From Eledone cirrhosa (lineage: Eukaryota), in contig OZ024742.1 in the NCBI GenBank assembly GCA_964016885.1, forward strand, positions 230,764,001 to 230,828,000: DNA of 64,000 nucleotides, read 5' to 3'. A model generated the notes under the pieces. The model was not told where the DNA came from. It worked only from the letters and a program-made list of their open reading frames with translations, and searched no databases. A program made the position numbers and the translations under genes. Shown piece by piece: positions 1-14,566 of this stretch; position 1 is the stretch's first letter, and each line of letters opens with the position of its first letter.

Positions 1-11
1 ACCACACATTA

Positions 12-50
12 TGAACCTGAAGATTGAGAAAGCATGAAAGTACTTGTTCA
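12..50 (+). ncRNA. Minimal type-I hammerhead ribozyme, decayed copy of 54063-54101
   Basis: TGAAC-CTGAAGA-TTGAGAAAGCAT-GAAA-GTAC-TT-GTTCA. Stem I TGAAC/GTTCA and palindromic GTAC stem III are present; stem II is damaged by a C>A change relative to the 54 kb copy. Confidence 0.6.
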
Positions 51-198
51 ATTAACACTTAACATTTAATATTCTATCATACTATTTCATTCTAATACCA
101 TTATAAATTTTAAATGATTGTAAATAAAACGAGTAAATCAGACAAAGTTGGAATTCCTTTTATTAATATAATCTTCTATACACAATCATACACACCCG

Positions 199-627
<429 letters not shown>

Positions 628-1210
628 CTAAGGCGGGTAAAATTCCCGAGATCCATGGACGAGTTCTCTCCAGCGGTCTCTGTCCCTCATTATCGCTGCC
701 ATGTCCTGCGTCTCCAACAGACCAGTGTCTGTCCTTAGGGCATCAACATATGTTAACCTTGGTCTTCCTCTTCCAGTGTGTCCATGTAGGGGCTCCCAAA
801 GGAGCACGGAGTGCAATGTCAACTCTGGATGTCGGTGAGCATGTCCAGCCAACCTCAGTCTCCTCTGTGTCACTTTTGAGCTGACTTTTGGGAGGCTCCC
901 ATACAGCTCTGAGTTTTTCATCCTCAGTGTATACTGATTAATGTTCAGAGCCATCCTCAGCATTCTCGTGGTTGAGGACTTCCTGTATTTGGGAGCAAAG
1001 ATTGGGAATACGGAAGATGATGTGGTTGAGAGGAAGAGCAAGGCCTGGGCGGCGTGCCACAGCTTGAGATCGGTGTGGAAGTCGGACCTTCGTAGAGACC
1101 TGAAAATCCGCCTCTTCATTGCTGTAGTGGAGTCTGTGCTGCTGTATGGGTCTGAGACTTGGACACTGACCAAGAGACTCACTCAGATGGTGGATGGGTG
1201 CTACACGAGA

Positions 1211-1211
<1 letters not shown>
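628..1211 (-). mobile_element. RTE-clade LINE, 5'-truncated, with inverted 5' segment
   Basis: Minus 628-970 encodes [13 protein letters not shown]...[14 protein letters not shown]...LLWEPLHG...GRP...DRDRWR. Plus 971-1211 encodes VEDFLYLG...[14 protein letters not shown]...DGCYTR. These are typical RTE post-RT motifs. (TA)n lies on both sides. Confidence 0.92.
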
Positions 1212-1820
<609 letters not shown>

Positions 1821-2265
1821 AATTGGCAGAGTGCATTGAACGTCGGATAGAATGCTTTATGGTATTCTTTCCGGCTCTCTACTCTCTGAGTTCAAAACCT
1901 ACCGTGGTAAACGTTGCCTTTTATCCTTTCGAGGTCGATAAAGAAAGTACCAGTCTACTACTGGGGTTGATTCTTTCTGTTTATCTCTTTCTCACTTCCT
2001 CTCTCTCACTTTCTATCTTTCTCTGGAAGAAATCTGCTGTACTCAGGTCTGGAGAGGGTTGGGCTCTACCAGGCTTGAAAATGCCCAAGAAGCGCCGTAT
2101 GTCATTAAGGCACTCCTACGACTCTCTCAGGAGTTACGGCACCATACATACATATATACATATATATATAATTTGTTTTTTCTTTTCTTTCTACAACTTG
2201 CTTTATATTTCTCGTCAAATGTCGAAAATAGTTTATTACACGGCGGTGGTGTACTGGAGCATGTA

Positions 2266-3048
2266 CCACTAAACATAAAAAGTACTAATAAATATTTATC
2301 CCACTAAGCATAAAAAGTACTAATAAATATTTATCCCACTAAGCATAAAAAAGTACTAATAAATATGTATCCCACTAAGTATAAAAAGTACTAATAAATA
2401 TTTATCCCACTAATAAATATGTATCCCACTAAGCATAAAAAGTACTAATAAATATGTATCCCACTAATAAATATGTATCCCACTAATAAATATGTATCCC
2501 ACTAAGCATAAAAAGTACTAATAAATATTTATCCCACTAATAAATATGTATCCCACTAAGCATAAAAAGTACTAATAAATATGTATCCCACTAAGCATAA
2601 AAAGTACTAATAAATATGTATCCCACTAAGCATAAAAAGTACTAATAAATATGTATCCCACTAATAAATATGTATCCCACTAATAAATATGTATCCCACT
2701 AATAAATATGTATCCCACTAAGCATAAAAAGTACTAATAAATATGTATCCCACTAATAAATATGTATCCCACTAAGCATAAAAAGTACTAATAAATATGT
2801 ATCCCACTAAGCATAAAAAGTACTAATAAATATGTATCCCACTAAACATAAAAAGTACTAATAAATATTTATCCCACTAAGCATAAAAAGTACTAATAAA
2901 TATTTATCCCACTAAGCATAAAAAGTACTAATAAATATGTATCCCACTAAGCATAAAAAGTACTAATAAATATTTATCCCACTAAGCATAAAAAGTACTA
3001 ATAAATATGTATCCCACTAAGCATAAAAAGTACTAATAAATATTTATC
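2266..3048. repeat. Minisatellite with mixed 35-bp and 19-bp units
   Basis: 35-mer CCACTAAGCATAAAAAGTACTAATAAATATKTATC interspersed with 19-mer CCACTAATAAATATGTATC; no unique spacers. Confidence 0.95.
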
Positions 3049-3358
3049 CTAGGATTGACAACAGAAGGTCCAGCTTGTTTGTTTTACTCTCGTTTTCCTG
3101 TCACATTTTTATGCTGTTACATTTACCTATTTTATATTTGTAACCACTGCCACTGTCATCCTTTTTACCGATATATACACATACTTACATACATATATCC
3201 ACATATATATATATAATCAAAATTTAAACAAGGTTCATTGATTAATCAATGAATATAGTTTTACAATAGATTAGAAGCACTCAACAGTTACGTTTTCTGA
3301 AGTTATTTATATTAATTCCAAATATTAATAAATATAGACATTCATGTGATCAAATATA

Positions 3359-3420
3359 TTTTATTAAATATATTTCAGAGGTACTGTGTTGTTTCCTCAG
3401 TACGTCCTCATCAGATAAAA
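3359..3420 (-). ncRNA. Type-I hammerhead ribozyme
   Basis: Minus: TTTTAT-CTGATGA-GGACGTACTG..CAGTACCTCT-GAAA-TATATT-TA-ATAAAA. Stem I is 6 bp; stem II contains GTACTG/CAGTAC. Confidence 0.75.
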
Positions 3421-3497
3421 TAAATTGATGTGTGGCACTACTGCCAAGACTGGAATTGAACCATCAGCACAATTGAGGTATGTCAGACATAAATTTA

Positions 3498-3551
3498 TTT
3501 TATCTGATGAGGACGTACTTGGGAAACAGCACTGAAATATATATAATAAAA
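3498..3551 (+). ncRNA. Type-I hammerhead ribozyme, stem II partly deleted
   Basis: TTTTAT-CTGATGA-...-GAAA-TATATA-TA-ATAAAA; inverted copy of 3359-3420. Confidence 0.6.
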
Positions 3552-4388
3552 CATATTTGATCACATGAATGTCTATATTTATTAATATTTGGAATTAATA
3601 TATATATGTATATGTATAAGTATATGTGTGTGTGTGTGTGTATAATATCTCTATATATGTATATGCACATATATGTATATATTATATATACATATGTATG
3701 TGTACAAACTAGTATATGTATGTTTTATACATGTTTATTTGTATTTGGGCATAAGAGTATATTTTTATATTTATTTCATATGTTGCTTGCTGTCTTGTTT
3801 TTCTAGAAATAGTGTTTTTCTAATTATATATTTCCATGTTTATTTAATCCCCTCAATCTTTCTTCTATTGATTAGTTCCGTATGCCATATATACTACTTC
3901 GTGTTTCTTCTATTATTTTTAGTAAAAGCTTATGCATATTATTTCTGTTAATCTAATTACACAAGATCTGCCAATTTTCACATATTCATTATTAATTAAC
4001 TATATCTTATGTCCTTTAAGTATTCGATTTGACATATTTCTCAATAGAGAAATATATAGTCTTTGTTTAACTCTCGGCGAAACCCTATTACAATACATTC
4101 TAGAGAAGTGCACATTTCATAAAATATTGAATTAATTTATCTAATACTGTGAATTTTCACAACGATCTTTCCACTAGTAAATATATTACAAATACTTTCA
4201 TTAACAACATCAGATACTTTCTGCTGAATTATTACAGAACGTGATGAGTTAAAACAGGGGAGGTTATTTATACATTCACGTTTATATGTAGCCAAACATC
4301 CACGTAAATTGTATATTTTTTATAAGCTCACACGCAAACACACACACACATACATACACACACACACACACACATACACACACACACA

Positions 4389-4487
<99 letters not shown>

Positions 4488-4645
4488 TGAATCATATATT
4501 TTATATATATATATATGTATAAAATATATGATTCCAGTTCCTCGGAGCACTAACAACACACCCAGAAGCTGGACATATGGATGTATTGAGAGAGTGGAAC
4601 ACACTTCAACAACATGTGTATCTGACTTTTCCACACCAATTTGGA

Positions 4646-4698
4646 CTGCCTGAAGAGGTCACAGCCAATAATAGCTGTCACCGAAATATATATAGCAG
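4646..4698 (+). ncRNA. Type-I hammerhead ribozyme
   Basis: CTGC-CTGAAGA-GGTCACAGC-CAATAATA-GCTGTCACC-GAAA-TATATA-TA-GCAG. All three stems and the complete core are present; it lies in a ~340-bp TA-flanked element (4510-4845). Confidence 0.88.
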
Positions 4699-4844
4699 AG
4701 AATTTATAATTTATAATAAACGAAACCAAAGTTTACATGATTGACTTACTTATTTTACATTACTCTTGAGTAAACAAACCAACGTGCGTACTCGTCGAGT
4801 GCTCCAATCTGCATACTGAGGTGTCGGTAAACAACCAACATATA

Positions 4845-4933
<89 letters not shown>

Positions 4934-4979
4934 ATTGATATTAAATAAATGGAAACTATATTTATAAAACCATATTTAT

Positions 4980-5035
4980 TCTATTATATATATTTCAATG
5001 GTACCAAAAATGTTGGTACGCTATCATCAGATAAA
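4980..5035 (-). ncRNA. Type-I hammerhead ribozyme (family shared with 51.7-52.2 kb)
   Basis: Minus: TTTAT-CTGATGA-TAGCGTACCA..TGGTACCATT-GAAA-TATATA-TA-ATAGA. Flanks match 17435-17612 and 51732-52205. Confidence 0.75.
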
Positions 5036-5234
5036 GTACAAAATGTTTTATAAATATTTGACATGACCAAGGATGATATACCTTAATGGTTCAAGTTATT
5101 CCTGGATAGTCGAGTCCTTTGAATCAGTTGTAAACATCTATATTTGTTGGATTTCCAACAAATTAAATATCTCTTATACATATATATATGTGTGTGTATA
5201 TATATATATTACTCTATTCTATTACCCTATTACG

Positions 5235-6125
5235 TGTTCAAGCCGACAGGCTGAGACCACGCTGGGGCACCACCATAGATGCTACACTTTCTATAGCCAG
5301 CCTCCCTTGGTTAGCCATTGATGCAAAAAAGGAGTTTGTTGCTGCTGCCTTTATTTGCGCTTCGCCTCGTGCTGTGAGTTCGTCCGGGACTATGGTCAGT
5401 AGAATGTTGAGATGTCTAGTGAAAACATCTATATATGCACACCATGTAGATCTCTCAGTATTTTTTGGAGGCTTATTAAAATGCTGAGGGCCCCTGAACC
5501 CCGGGCTATTGCATTATATGGTCCTTATTATTGATACCACGGATTGGAACTTTAACAGTACACACTGATGTCCTATTCGTGGGCTGGTCCCGCCTCCAAT
5601 GCCGAAGTTTGGTGCTGACCCTTCCAGAATCTTCCATACGTATATCTGCTTCGTATCTTTCCTGTCTTCGCTCCAGGGAGTAAAGCTTTAATTTTTGCAG
5701 CCTCTCCCAGTAGCTCATCTTTTTAAATGAGGCATTCCACTTCGATGGATTGCTTCAAGTTCAACAGATAGTTTGAGACTGAGGCGATCACTGCTGAGAG
5801 CAATAGTCCAGTCGGCTGCGGACGAAAGTTCTCCAGAGGACCAACAGAGTTTCCGGGTCTCTTGTCCGGAAATTCCTCAGATTCCAAGCCGCCAGTCGTC
5901 TGCACATTACCGTCATTATGGTGACGTGTGCATGAAACGATACATCATTTCTCATATCAACATCCATGTCCCGTATTGATTTTGACTCGGGGATTTCAAT
6001 TCCTCCTGGTCAAGTGTACCTTTGTTGTGGTGGTCCTATGTTTGTGTGTTAATAACAGAGGACTTGAAACTTACCTGCATTGAATTACATAGTATTGTCT
6101 TCAGCCCACCTCTATAAGGCATCTT
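5235..6125 (-). mobile_element. Degenerate CR1-like LINE 3' fragment
   Basis: Minus translation contains RWAEDNTM*FNAGKFQ, SYWERLQKLKLYSLERRQERY and VPDELTARG..KAAATNS, with stops and frameshifts. Confidence 0.75.
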
Positions 6126-6215
6126 AATCTTGTAAGAGAGTAGCATTAGCCGGTTTCTCGATTGCCTGTGCTATATATATTATTTGAAACAAAGGCGTCT
6201 CAAGCAAATAATGAT

Positions 6216-6398
6216 AAATGTTTCTACTTTTGGCACAAGGCCAGCAATTACCAGTGTATTACTGGTACTTTATTTTATCGACCCTGTAAGGATGAAAGGC
6301 AAAGTTAACCTCGGCGGGATTTGAACTCAGAATGGCAAGGGCCGTAACTATGTGTCAAAGCATGGCGTCCGACCCTCTACCAATACTACCAATCCACC
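6216..6398 (-). mobile_element. tRNA-derived SINE (short form)
   Basis: Matches the window's SINE consensus GGATTGGCAGTATCGGTAGAG...GAGTTCAAATCC (B-box)...GCCTTTCATCCTTACGGGGTCGATAAAATAAAGTACCAG...TTGCTGGCCTTGTGCC. Confidence 0.88.
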
Positions 6399-7095
6399 AT
6401 GATAATAATCATGATAATAATGGTCAATTAATATAAATATTTGAGAAAATCGGGTAAAGTTCGCCTGGAGATGAAAAAATTGGGACAGGGCGAACTACGA
6501 GGTATTTAGCCCTGTATGTTTCGGTCGTATCCTGGGGTACTTGATTTTCTCAACTATGATTTATAGGAATCCACTATTATTAAAGCCATGCGCGGTGGGA
6601 CTCAACGGTTCACGATCCAAAATTTTCCAATGCTTCTTAAGTCAACCGATATAAATATAGTAATTTATTTCTTTGATATTTTCCAGAAATTTCCAATACT
6701 AGACACAAATATATAATTCCATTTACCATTTCGAAAAACGTCTTCACAAAATATGATTATTCTATTCCCTTTACTATCTTAATTGATCTGAAGCCATTCA
6801 GAATATTGATCTTCAACACGTTATAACTGTAAGTCATTCGAGCGTCTTTGATTAGATGTATTTTTACATTTTTTTTTCCTATTTTATTAACTCCAGTCAT
6901 TAGGACGCGGCCATGCTAGTGCACAAGCTGAAAGGATATAGTTGAACCTATTGAACCCAATACTTATAATTTTCGTGTCTGGTATTTATTTCATCGATAC
7001 ATTTTTGTAGAATCGCTAAGTTACTTGATAAAGACAAACTGGAAACGTAGGTACAGACACGCAAACACACACAGACAGAAACATACACACACACG

Positions 7096-7144
<49 letters not shown>

Positions 7145-7163
7145 ACATACACACATACATACA

Positions 7164-7254
<91 letters not shown>

Positions 7255-7343
7255 GCAGCGAGAATCGCATTTCGGCGGGTAGAAAAAGCGAAACGTAACG
7301 CAAATTCCTAGTCATGTTCACGCTTGAAGGAACTGGGGGAGAT

Positions 7344-7377
7344 TTCAACGTTTCGGACAGAAGTCCTTCTTCAGGAA
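7344..7377 (-). ncRNA. Minimal Penelope-type hammerhead ribozyme
   Basis: Minus: TTC-CTGAAGA-A-GGAC-TTCT-GTCC-GAAA-CG-TT-GAA, the classic minimal PLE layout with palindromic AACGTT. Confidence 0.85.
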
Positions 7378-8887
7378 CTTTCGGATAAGGAGACAACAGA
7401 TAGATATAAGAGTAGTGTGAGAAGGTTAGGAAAGGAAGTTAAAGAAAAGGGGATGGGAGAAGAAAGTATGATAGGGGGAGGTGGGTGAAAGGTCCGGCCC
7501 GGGTGGGGGGGAGGGTCAGGGTGGGGGGTGGCATGGGTGTGTGTATGTCGAAGGGAGTAAATTGGTAGTAATGCGTGGCTCCAGTCTCTTTCTGTGTGTG
7601 GCCACGTGGGTGTACCAGAGTCTTATAAAGTGAAGTGTGCACACTGGTATGTGTGTATGCGTCTGCATGTCAGAGTTTTTAGAGGGTTTTGTGTGTGTAC
7701 GTGTGTTTGTGTGTGTCTGGGTGAGGGAGGGCTTTTTTTACAGTTTCTATGTATGGGACACAATGGGATTAAACCCGAAACCACATAGATGCGAAATGAA
7801 CTCCATGGCCACAGACCCATGCCTTCATCCTTAACATCTTTGTTTAAAACATGAAATATTAAATTCTCTTCAACGCATCAATGTTCGTTCTGTTGTGAAA
7901 AATCATTACATCGCAAATGATATTATTAACCGTTGTTGATTTCTTTCTAACTTTCGGTTTCTATTACTTTCATTTCTATAGAGAGGAAAAAATAGTTTCT
8001 TTAAATATATTTATCTCCCCTGATGTAGTTTTAGTTTCCAAATAATTTAATAAATATCAAGTTTAATCTTGAGAAAAATGTTAACCACTTATTTGTCAGA
8101 TAGTCAATATATTTTTCAACTAAATTTTATATCGATATTTCTTCAATATGTATAAACAATAATTTATTAATATTGGATTAATATCCTTTAGAAAATTCTA
8201 TAAAATCTAATTTAGCTAACTTATTTTTCCTAACAACTAATTTTCTACCATTATAAGCTTAGTTCAAATACATAGACATTGATATAATGCGCTATATATC
8301 CATTTCTCTCTACATCCCTTCCTTCACACTCTCCAACCCCTCTCTCCCTCTGTCTCTCTATATATATATATTTATATATATATATACACACACACACACA
8401 TATATATGTGTACCTATATGGAGAGATAGGAGAAAGAGAGTGTCTGCGGTGCTGAGACTGAGGAGACCACTAATAATGTGCGTATTCGATATCATGAGAA
8501 GATGTAGAGTGAATATTGAAATATGTAAAATCCCGACCGCGGCGCCAAGTGGTTTCAGCTTCAGTGTTCAGCAAACCTTTAAAGGGCGTAGTAATATTTG
8601 TAGATTATGAGAAAATAGGTCATTTTTCATGGTAGCGCTTCGGTTGAGTTTATCATAGTAGTAAACTGATCAGATGGAGGAATTTTGGGGGACAGACAGT
8701 GGAAAGTGTAAAATGCTTCGCGGTATTTAGATCCGGTTCTTTACATTATCTGTTCCAATCCTGCCTAGATCAGAGCTCTATAAAATAAAGTGTCACCCTA
8801 GTAACAGGATCAATATTTTCAACTCTCATTTCCTCAATATTGCTGGCCTTGTAACAAAATTATAAATCATTTTCCAGCATAGTTATG

Positions 8888-9019
8888 TCCCTTTACGATC
8901 TGAGTTCAAATCCCGCCGAGGTTAACTTTGCCTTTCATCCTTACGGGGTCGATAAAATAAAGTTCCAGTAATGTACTGGGTAATTGCTGGCCTTGTGCCA
9001 AAAAGTAGAAACAATTATT
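8888..9019 (+). mobile_element. SINE, 5'-truncated short form
   Basis: Contains the B-box, central GCCTTTCATCC domain and tail of the SINE consensus. Confidence 0.85.
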
Positions 9020-9241
9020 AGAAATCGTATTTATACAGTAATCTAGATAGTTTTTACGAATTACAGTGTTCTGTCTATATTTCTTTGTTAAATATTTTGA
9101 TATTTTGCTTAATTCTATTTATTGTCATTTCATTTGTACTACAATCTCTTCAAGTATTCTTTTTAATTGTCACTGTTAAATAAACATCCCAAAGGAAGTT
9201 TTAAAAGATATTAGCCGCATGTCCTTGAGATATTGTCGTAT

Positions 9242-9289
<48 letters not shown>

Positions 9290-9516
9290 CATTTAAAGTA
9301 GATTAAATGACATCAGATCATTCATTGCATTTCACAACCGTAATCTTTTCTGGTTTTTCTTCCATCTTATTTCTCTAATTCCATCCAACTCTCTCTATGT
9401 TTCTAGATATCAATGTAAATCTTTCCTATTCTCTTTGTTTCGAGATATCACAGTATTTCTTATTTCTCTAAACCGTTCCCATTCACTCGATATTTCTATA
9501 TGTGTCTGTAACATTC

Positions 9517-9607
<91 letters not shown>

Positions 9608-11554
9608 ACTTCTCTGTATTTCTAGATATCGCTGTATTTCTCTAATTATTTCTTTAGTTTTGTTCTTTACTCTCTTATATTTCTTCCATTTCACTTCAGA
9701 TTTCTCGTAAAATACACTTTTCATATTTCTCCTTCCTTCATCTTTATCTTTTTCTCATTTCGTTTGTTTTATTTTTACATTTCTTTTCGTTTCTCTTTTT
9801 TTCTCCTGTGATTTCTCTTCTCATTATTTTCATCATCATACTAAATCGATATCTTCCCGCCCTCATTTCCATATCAACTCTTACATCTTGTATCCTCCCC
9901 GACCATCATTCTTACTTCCGATGGTTTCTAACAATAACACTAATCCAACTATCAAACATATCGCCACGTCATCACAATGATTCCCTTTCTTTCTTTCTAT
10001 TTCTCTGTTTTCCTCTATCTCTCCTCTATCTATCTCCACTTTACCAAACAACAATGCCACTCTACCGAGCCAACATCATTCAACAACACTTATGCTATCA
10101 CATTCGTCCCTCATCGATATTCAACATAATTTCAACGCAACCCTTCACCTGTCAGGCCTATCAAAATGAATCGCTCCCTCGGGTTATTGATATTCCGGCC
10201 AATACTACTACACATCCCTCTTACACATATTACAATATGTACACTGCGTTTTCATTAGCAATAGGGGGATTTACTATATAATTGGTAGGGCGCGGGAAAA
10301 CAAAATATCTTCCAATATTTAGACACATTTATTTAGATTCAACGTTCAATACATGCGGAGTTCGATTTTAACTTCCACCCGTCTAGTGTTGATAAGATAA
10401 AGACTAAGATATATATGTATATTTTCATTAATTAGAAGAATGTTACGGGAGAATCGGTAGAACGCCGTAAAATAAAATACCTTTAGATTCTAAATTCAGT
10501 CCCTGCAAATTTCGATTTTCGATTTTATCCTTCTGGTGTTAAAACGGACCTACTAAGTATTGATCTTTAATGTAATCAATTATACCCTCCCACAACATAT
10601 GTACTCGTTATTAATTTTATGTCAGGTGAGATCTGGAGAAAAGTGCTTGGCCTGCTCTCTAGCTTTTCCTGATTTGACAGAATCGTTGCAGCATCAGACA
10701 AAAAGCTTTTCAGTACTTGTTTACAGCACTTTTAGATTCTGAGTTCAAATCCGGCTGAGATGTACATTGCTTTTCATCTCACTAGGGTCGATACAACCAA
10801 TTTCCAATCACTGAAAATTGATTGTATCGACCATAGTGGGATTGTTATTGAGCGTGGTGGACTGACAGAATCGTTAGAACATCTGATGAAATGTATAACA
10901 GTATTCGTTATGGACATCTACGTCCTGGTTAACACTGCCGATGTTATCTTTGCCTTTCACCCTTCTGGGTTCGATAACATAAAGTAGCAGTAACACACTG
11001 GGATCAATTTAATCGGTTTTTCTCTTCTCTTCAAATTTCTGGCCTTGTGTCAAAAGTAGAAACAATTATTATTGTTATTTCATATTTGCTATAAATCAAA
11101 GTTCTGACACCTGCATCACATATCAGTTTATACTTCATTCTATAATCACCAGTTAAAGTTACGTCAAATTTACCTCAATACCAAAACCTTATCCTGGATT
11201 CATTGACAGAGACTGTTTAATTGACCACTGATCGGAACCCCAGTCCGTTGCCGGATTAACCACATCTGCTGCTGGTATTCATTTTATCAGCTGAGTGGAT
11301 TGAAACCAAAACGAAATTGTTTTCTTGAAGGGCACGAAGCACCTCCTGGTCCGGTATTCTTAACCTATGACCTAACAATCGTGAGTCCAACACCCTTCAT
11401 TTTATTACCACCACCGAGTTTATTGAGAGTGATTGTTTTCGTTTAGAATTCCCACCTTTTTTTTATCATATTTCTGAATGATTTCTCCAGTTCAATTTTT
11501 CAATAAATTTCGATCACTGAGATTATTCATATCTAGCAGGAGACATTTCTCCGT

Positions 11555-11700
<146 letters not shown>

Positions 11701-11959
11701 CATGCGTGCATATTGTTGATTCTTGGACGTGGTAACCAGAACATGAATTTCTTTTATTTCCTCTGAAATGCCAGATTCCATACAATATAGTTTTCTTAAA
11801 TTCTTTAGATATGTTGATACAGGATTTTTATGTACAAATCCTTTGACACACTGCCTTCAAGCGGAACGGGGTAAATAATACAAGAATATGATCGATATTA
11901 TTTTTATGATGTAATATGATCGATTTCTTTCCCTCATTTCACACGATTATTTTCTATAT

Positions 11960-13000
11960 TGTACTGGCAGCCAGAATTATGCCTTTTGCATGAAATCAAG
12001 AACTCTATCTCTGAACAGTGAATTTCTAAGCTACTGATGGGGTATACTCGAGTTTACCTTCTTTAATATTTCGTTTTATTCTTAGCCTGGGAGCAAAATG
12101 ATGCAGTGCCTATGGCCCTTTTGTGAAGCTCTGTGTATACATTTTTGCAACAAATATTCCTGTTAAGAACTTCCACATCAAAAGAAGACATATAATTAGT
12201 TTGAAATTTGAAAATTCGTTACCCTTACTCTCATCTTTCAGTATTAAACATGAGCGTCTTTTTGTCATCCATTCTGGTGTTTCTCCAGAACTCAAGACTT
12301 CATCTAACTGTGTAGTTATTAATTCATGTAGTTTGAGGTTTTTTATTCAGTATCCATTGACATGATCCGGCCCACTTGCTTTCCATTTTCGTATCTTTAG
12401 CAGCTAGATTTTCACAGCTTTCTTTGTTATTTTGATGTTTGTTTGCTTCTGTACACCTGTTACCTGTTTCCTAAACTTCTTTATCCAATCTGCCTTATCA
12501 TTGCGTTGAACAGATTTGCTCCAAATGTTATTGCAAAAATCAATGCTTTCTTCTGTATCTGGCCTTATATCATTGTTCCTTTCAATTCCTTCCAGGTTTT
12601 CAAATAATCTCTTGTGGATGATTTGAAAGAGTCTATTCTGTATTTATTGGTTACTTCTTTCTCCGTATTTCTTTAGTTTTGCAGTCTTTGCCCTTATCCG
12701 TTGCTTCAACTCCTCTACCACTACATTAATTCCCTTATTCTTCACATGATATTCTCTTTCCAGTACTTCTTTTATTTATTCGTTCTGTAACCTTCTGTTT
12801 TTCCATTCCTCCAATTTGCATAGATTCTTCCTCAACTTTTAACACTGACCTGAATCATTATCTTCCGGAATGGCTACATTTTAGTCTCTTTCGTATTTTA
12901 ATTCCCAACAAGTCAGCTACATTTGCACCAGTAATTACTGGGAGGTTTATAACACTAATGTTTTCTGTTTGTATTGTGCTTATAACTTATAACTTCGTTG
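11960..13000 (-). mobile_element. Degenerate R4/Dong-like (RLE-group) non-LTR retrotransposon fragment
   Basis: Minus translation: QNRLFQ, KWKASGPDHVNGY*IKNL, PEWMTKRRSCLILKDESKGNEFSNFKLIICLLLMWKFLTGI (RT domains 0-1); many stops. Confidence 0.75.
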
Positions 13001-13458
13001 ACAAGCTTAGTTTTTTCTCTAGTCTCAGCAGCCCTGATATTAATTACTTCGTTACATGGTTTTTCCAGTTTCGTCTTCAACATGCTATATTTCCTTCAGC
13101 AACACTTTCATCAGAATCTCGCTCATTTTGCTCTTCATTCTCTGTTTTATGATGTCTTCCCCTATTCTCTGTAATTTCTCTTTTGCCCTTAGTTTTCTCA
13201 ACCATTCTTTCAATCTCCTCTATTTTTTATAATTGTTTATAACTTTTTATTTTCTTTCTTATTTATACAATTTCTATAGACTTGTACGCCTTTATAGCAC
13301 TTATATCCCTTTACGTTTATACCGTCATGCTACGCTGGGTTTTGGCCAAGGTCTAATACTCCTGGACTGCTGTAGCAGCGGAATGGTTGGTTCTGATTAA
13401 TGAGTGGCATTTTCTGAGGACAGTAGAATTTCCGTCACCACCTAACAAAGCCCACTCC

Positions 13459-13715
13459 TCCTATGTAGTGTACAGGCTGGAGTTTGAAAAGAGTAGCTAA
13501 TTCTACATTGACAGCACATTTCGACTCTTACACCTCCGAATTAAAAAATACATCAACACCAAACCCTCTTCCTTCCGCAAACAAACCATCAGATGCGAAA
13601 ACAGGGACAGTAAAATACCCACCACAATCTTGGCTACCGAGCGCAGTATAGATACGCTGAAGATCAATGAAGCCCGGTTGATTAAGCAATTAAAGCTCCC
13701 ATTAGTAATAGAATG
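13459..13715 (+). pseudogene. Penelope-like GIY-YIG endonuclease remnant
   Basis: SYVVYRLEFEKSS*FYIDSTFRLLHLRIKKY...TILA...LKINEARLIKQLK resembles VVY..C..C..YIG.T.R.L..RIKEH...E...IK..KP. Confidence 0.75.
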
Positions 13716-14133
13716 GAAAGGAATGCGGCACAATGGCTAATCTAACTTGTGCAACCTAAATATACCATCATGTCATTATCACAGGTGTCTGTCGTACGAA
13801 AGTTCTTTTCCTAGCCTAGTTTGACACAAATAATGCTAGATGCAGACACATTCCTTATTGGCTTTGAGTGGTCAGCTACCAGACAAGAGATGTTGTAGAC
13901 CAACTACGCTCACACATCTTTATTCCTTTATCCTTTAAAAATTTGTTCTTCACTGTACATACACATATACACCCATGGGCACACGCACGCGTATATGATT
14001 CACATACTCAAGCGCGTTCTCCTGACACACATGCGCGAGAAACATTAAAATTTAACGTTTTATTATATTCAAAATAAATCGAACAATCGTCCACGACTTT
14101 TCTCAGCTTTCTCTCTGAGGTTCCACTAACGTA

Positions 14134-14176
14134 TTCCCCCTGATAATGGATGCAAAATCCGAAAATATTTGAGAAC
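14134..14176 (+). ncRNA. Decayed hammerhead downstream of the GIY-YIG remnant
   Basis: CTGATAA-T-GGAT-GCAAA-ATCC-GAAA-ATAT-TT. G8>A without compensation and a poor stem I. Confidence 0.5.
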
Positions 14177-14338
14177 ATTAAAAATTGCTAAGGTAACTTT
14201 CAGTCGACCTCACTCTTTTATTTCACTTCACTGCATTTTTTTAATCCTTCTACTTTCTCAATACCTTGTCATTTTTAATAAACACGTATTGTTGTGTTTG
14301 TATCTCATATTTCACAATGCTTCAAGCAAACTACATTA

Positions 14339-14444
<106 letters not shown>

Positions 14445-14566
14445 CAGTTCGAGCACTTCTTTCAGAACTGCTGGACTGGCAACCTGACAGATACCTCAGG
14501 CACAGAAAGTGATTATCGCTAAATGCTGATGTTGGTTAGATTATCAATATTAGTATTATTGGGGCA

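Larger units (their letters stand above)
3214..3600. mobile_element. Fold-back PLE-like mini-element in (TA)n with two inverted hammerheads
   Basis: Inverted arms at ~3310-3438 and ~3481-3600; AGCACTCAAC box at 3276-3285; TA tracts at both ends. Confidence 0.75.

Noticed and set aside
2266-3048. 35-bp repeat array resembling CRISPR
   Set aside because: Units are head-to-tail with no unique spacers, there are no cas genes, and the context is eukaryotic.
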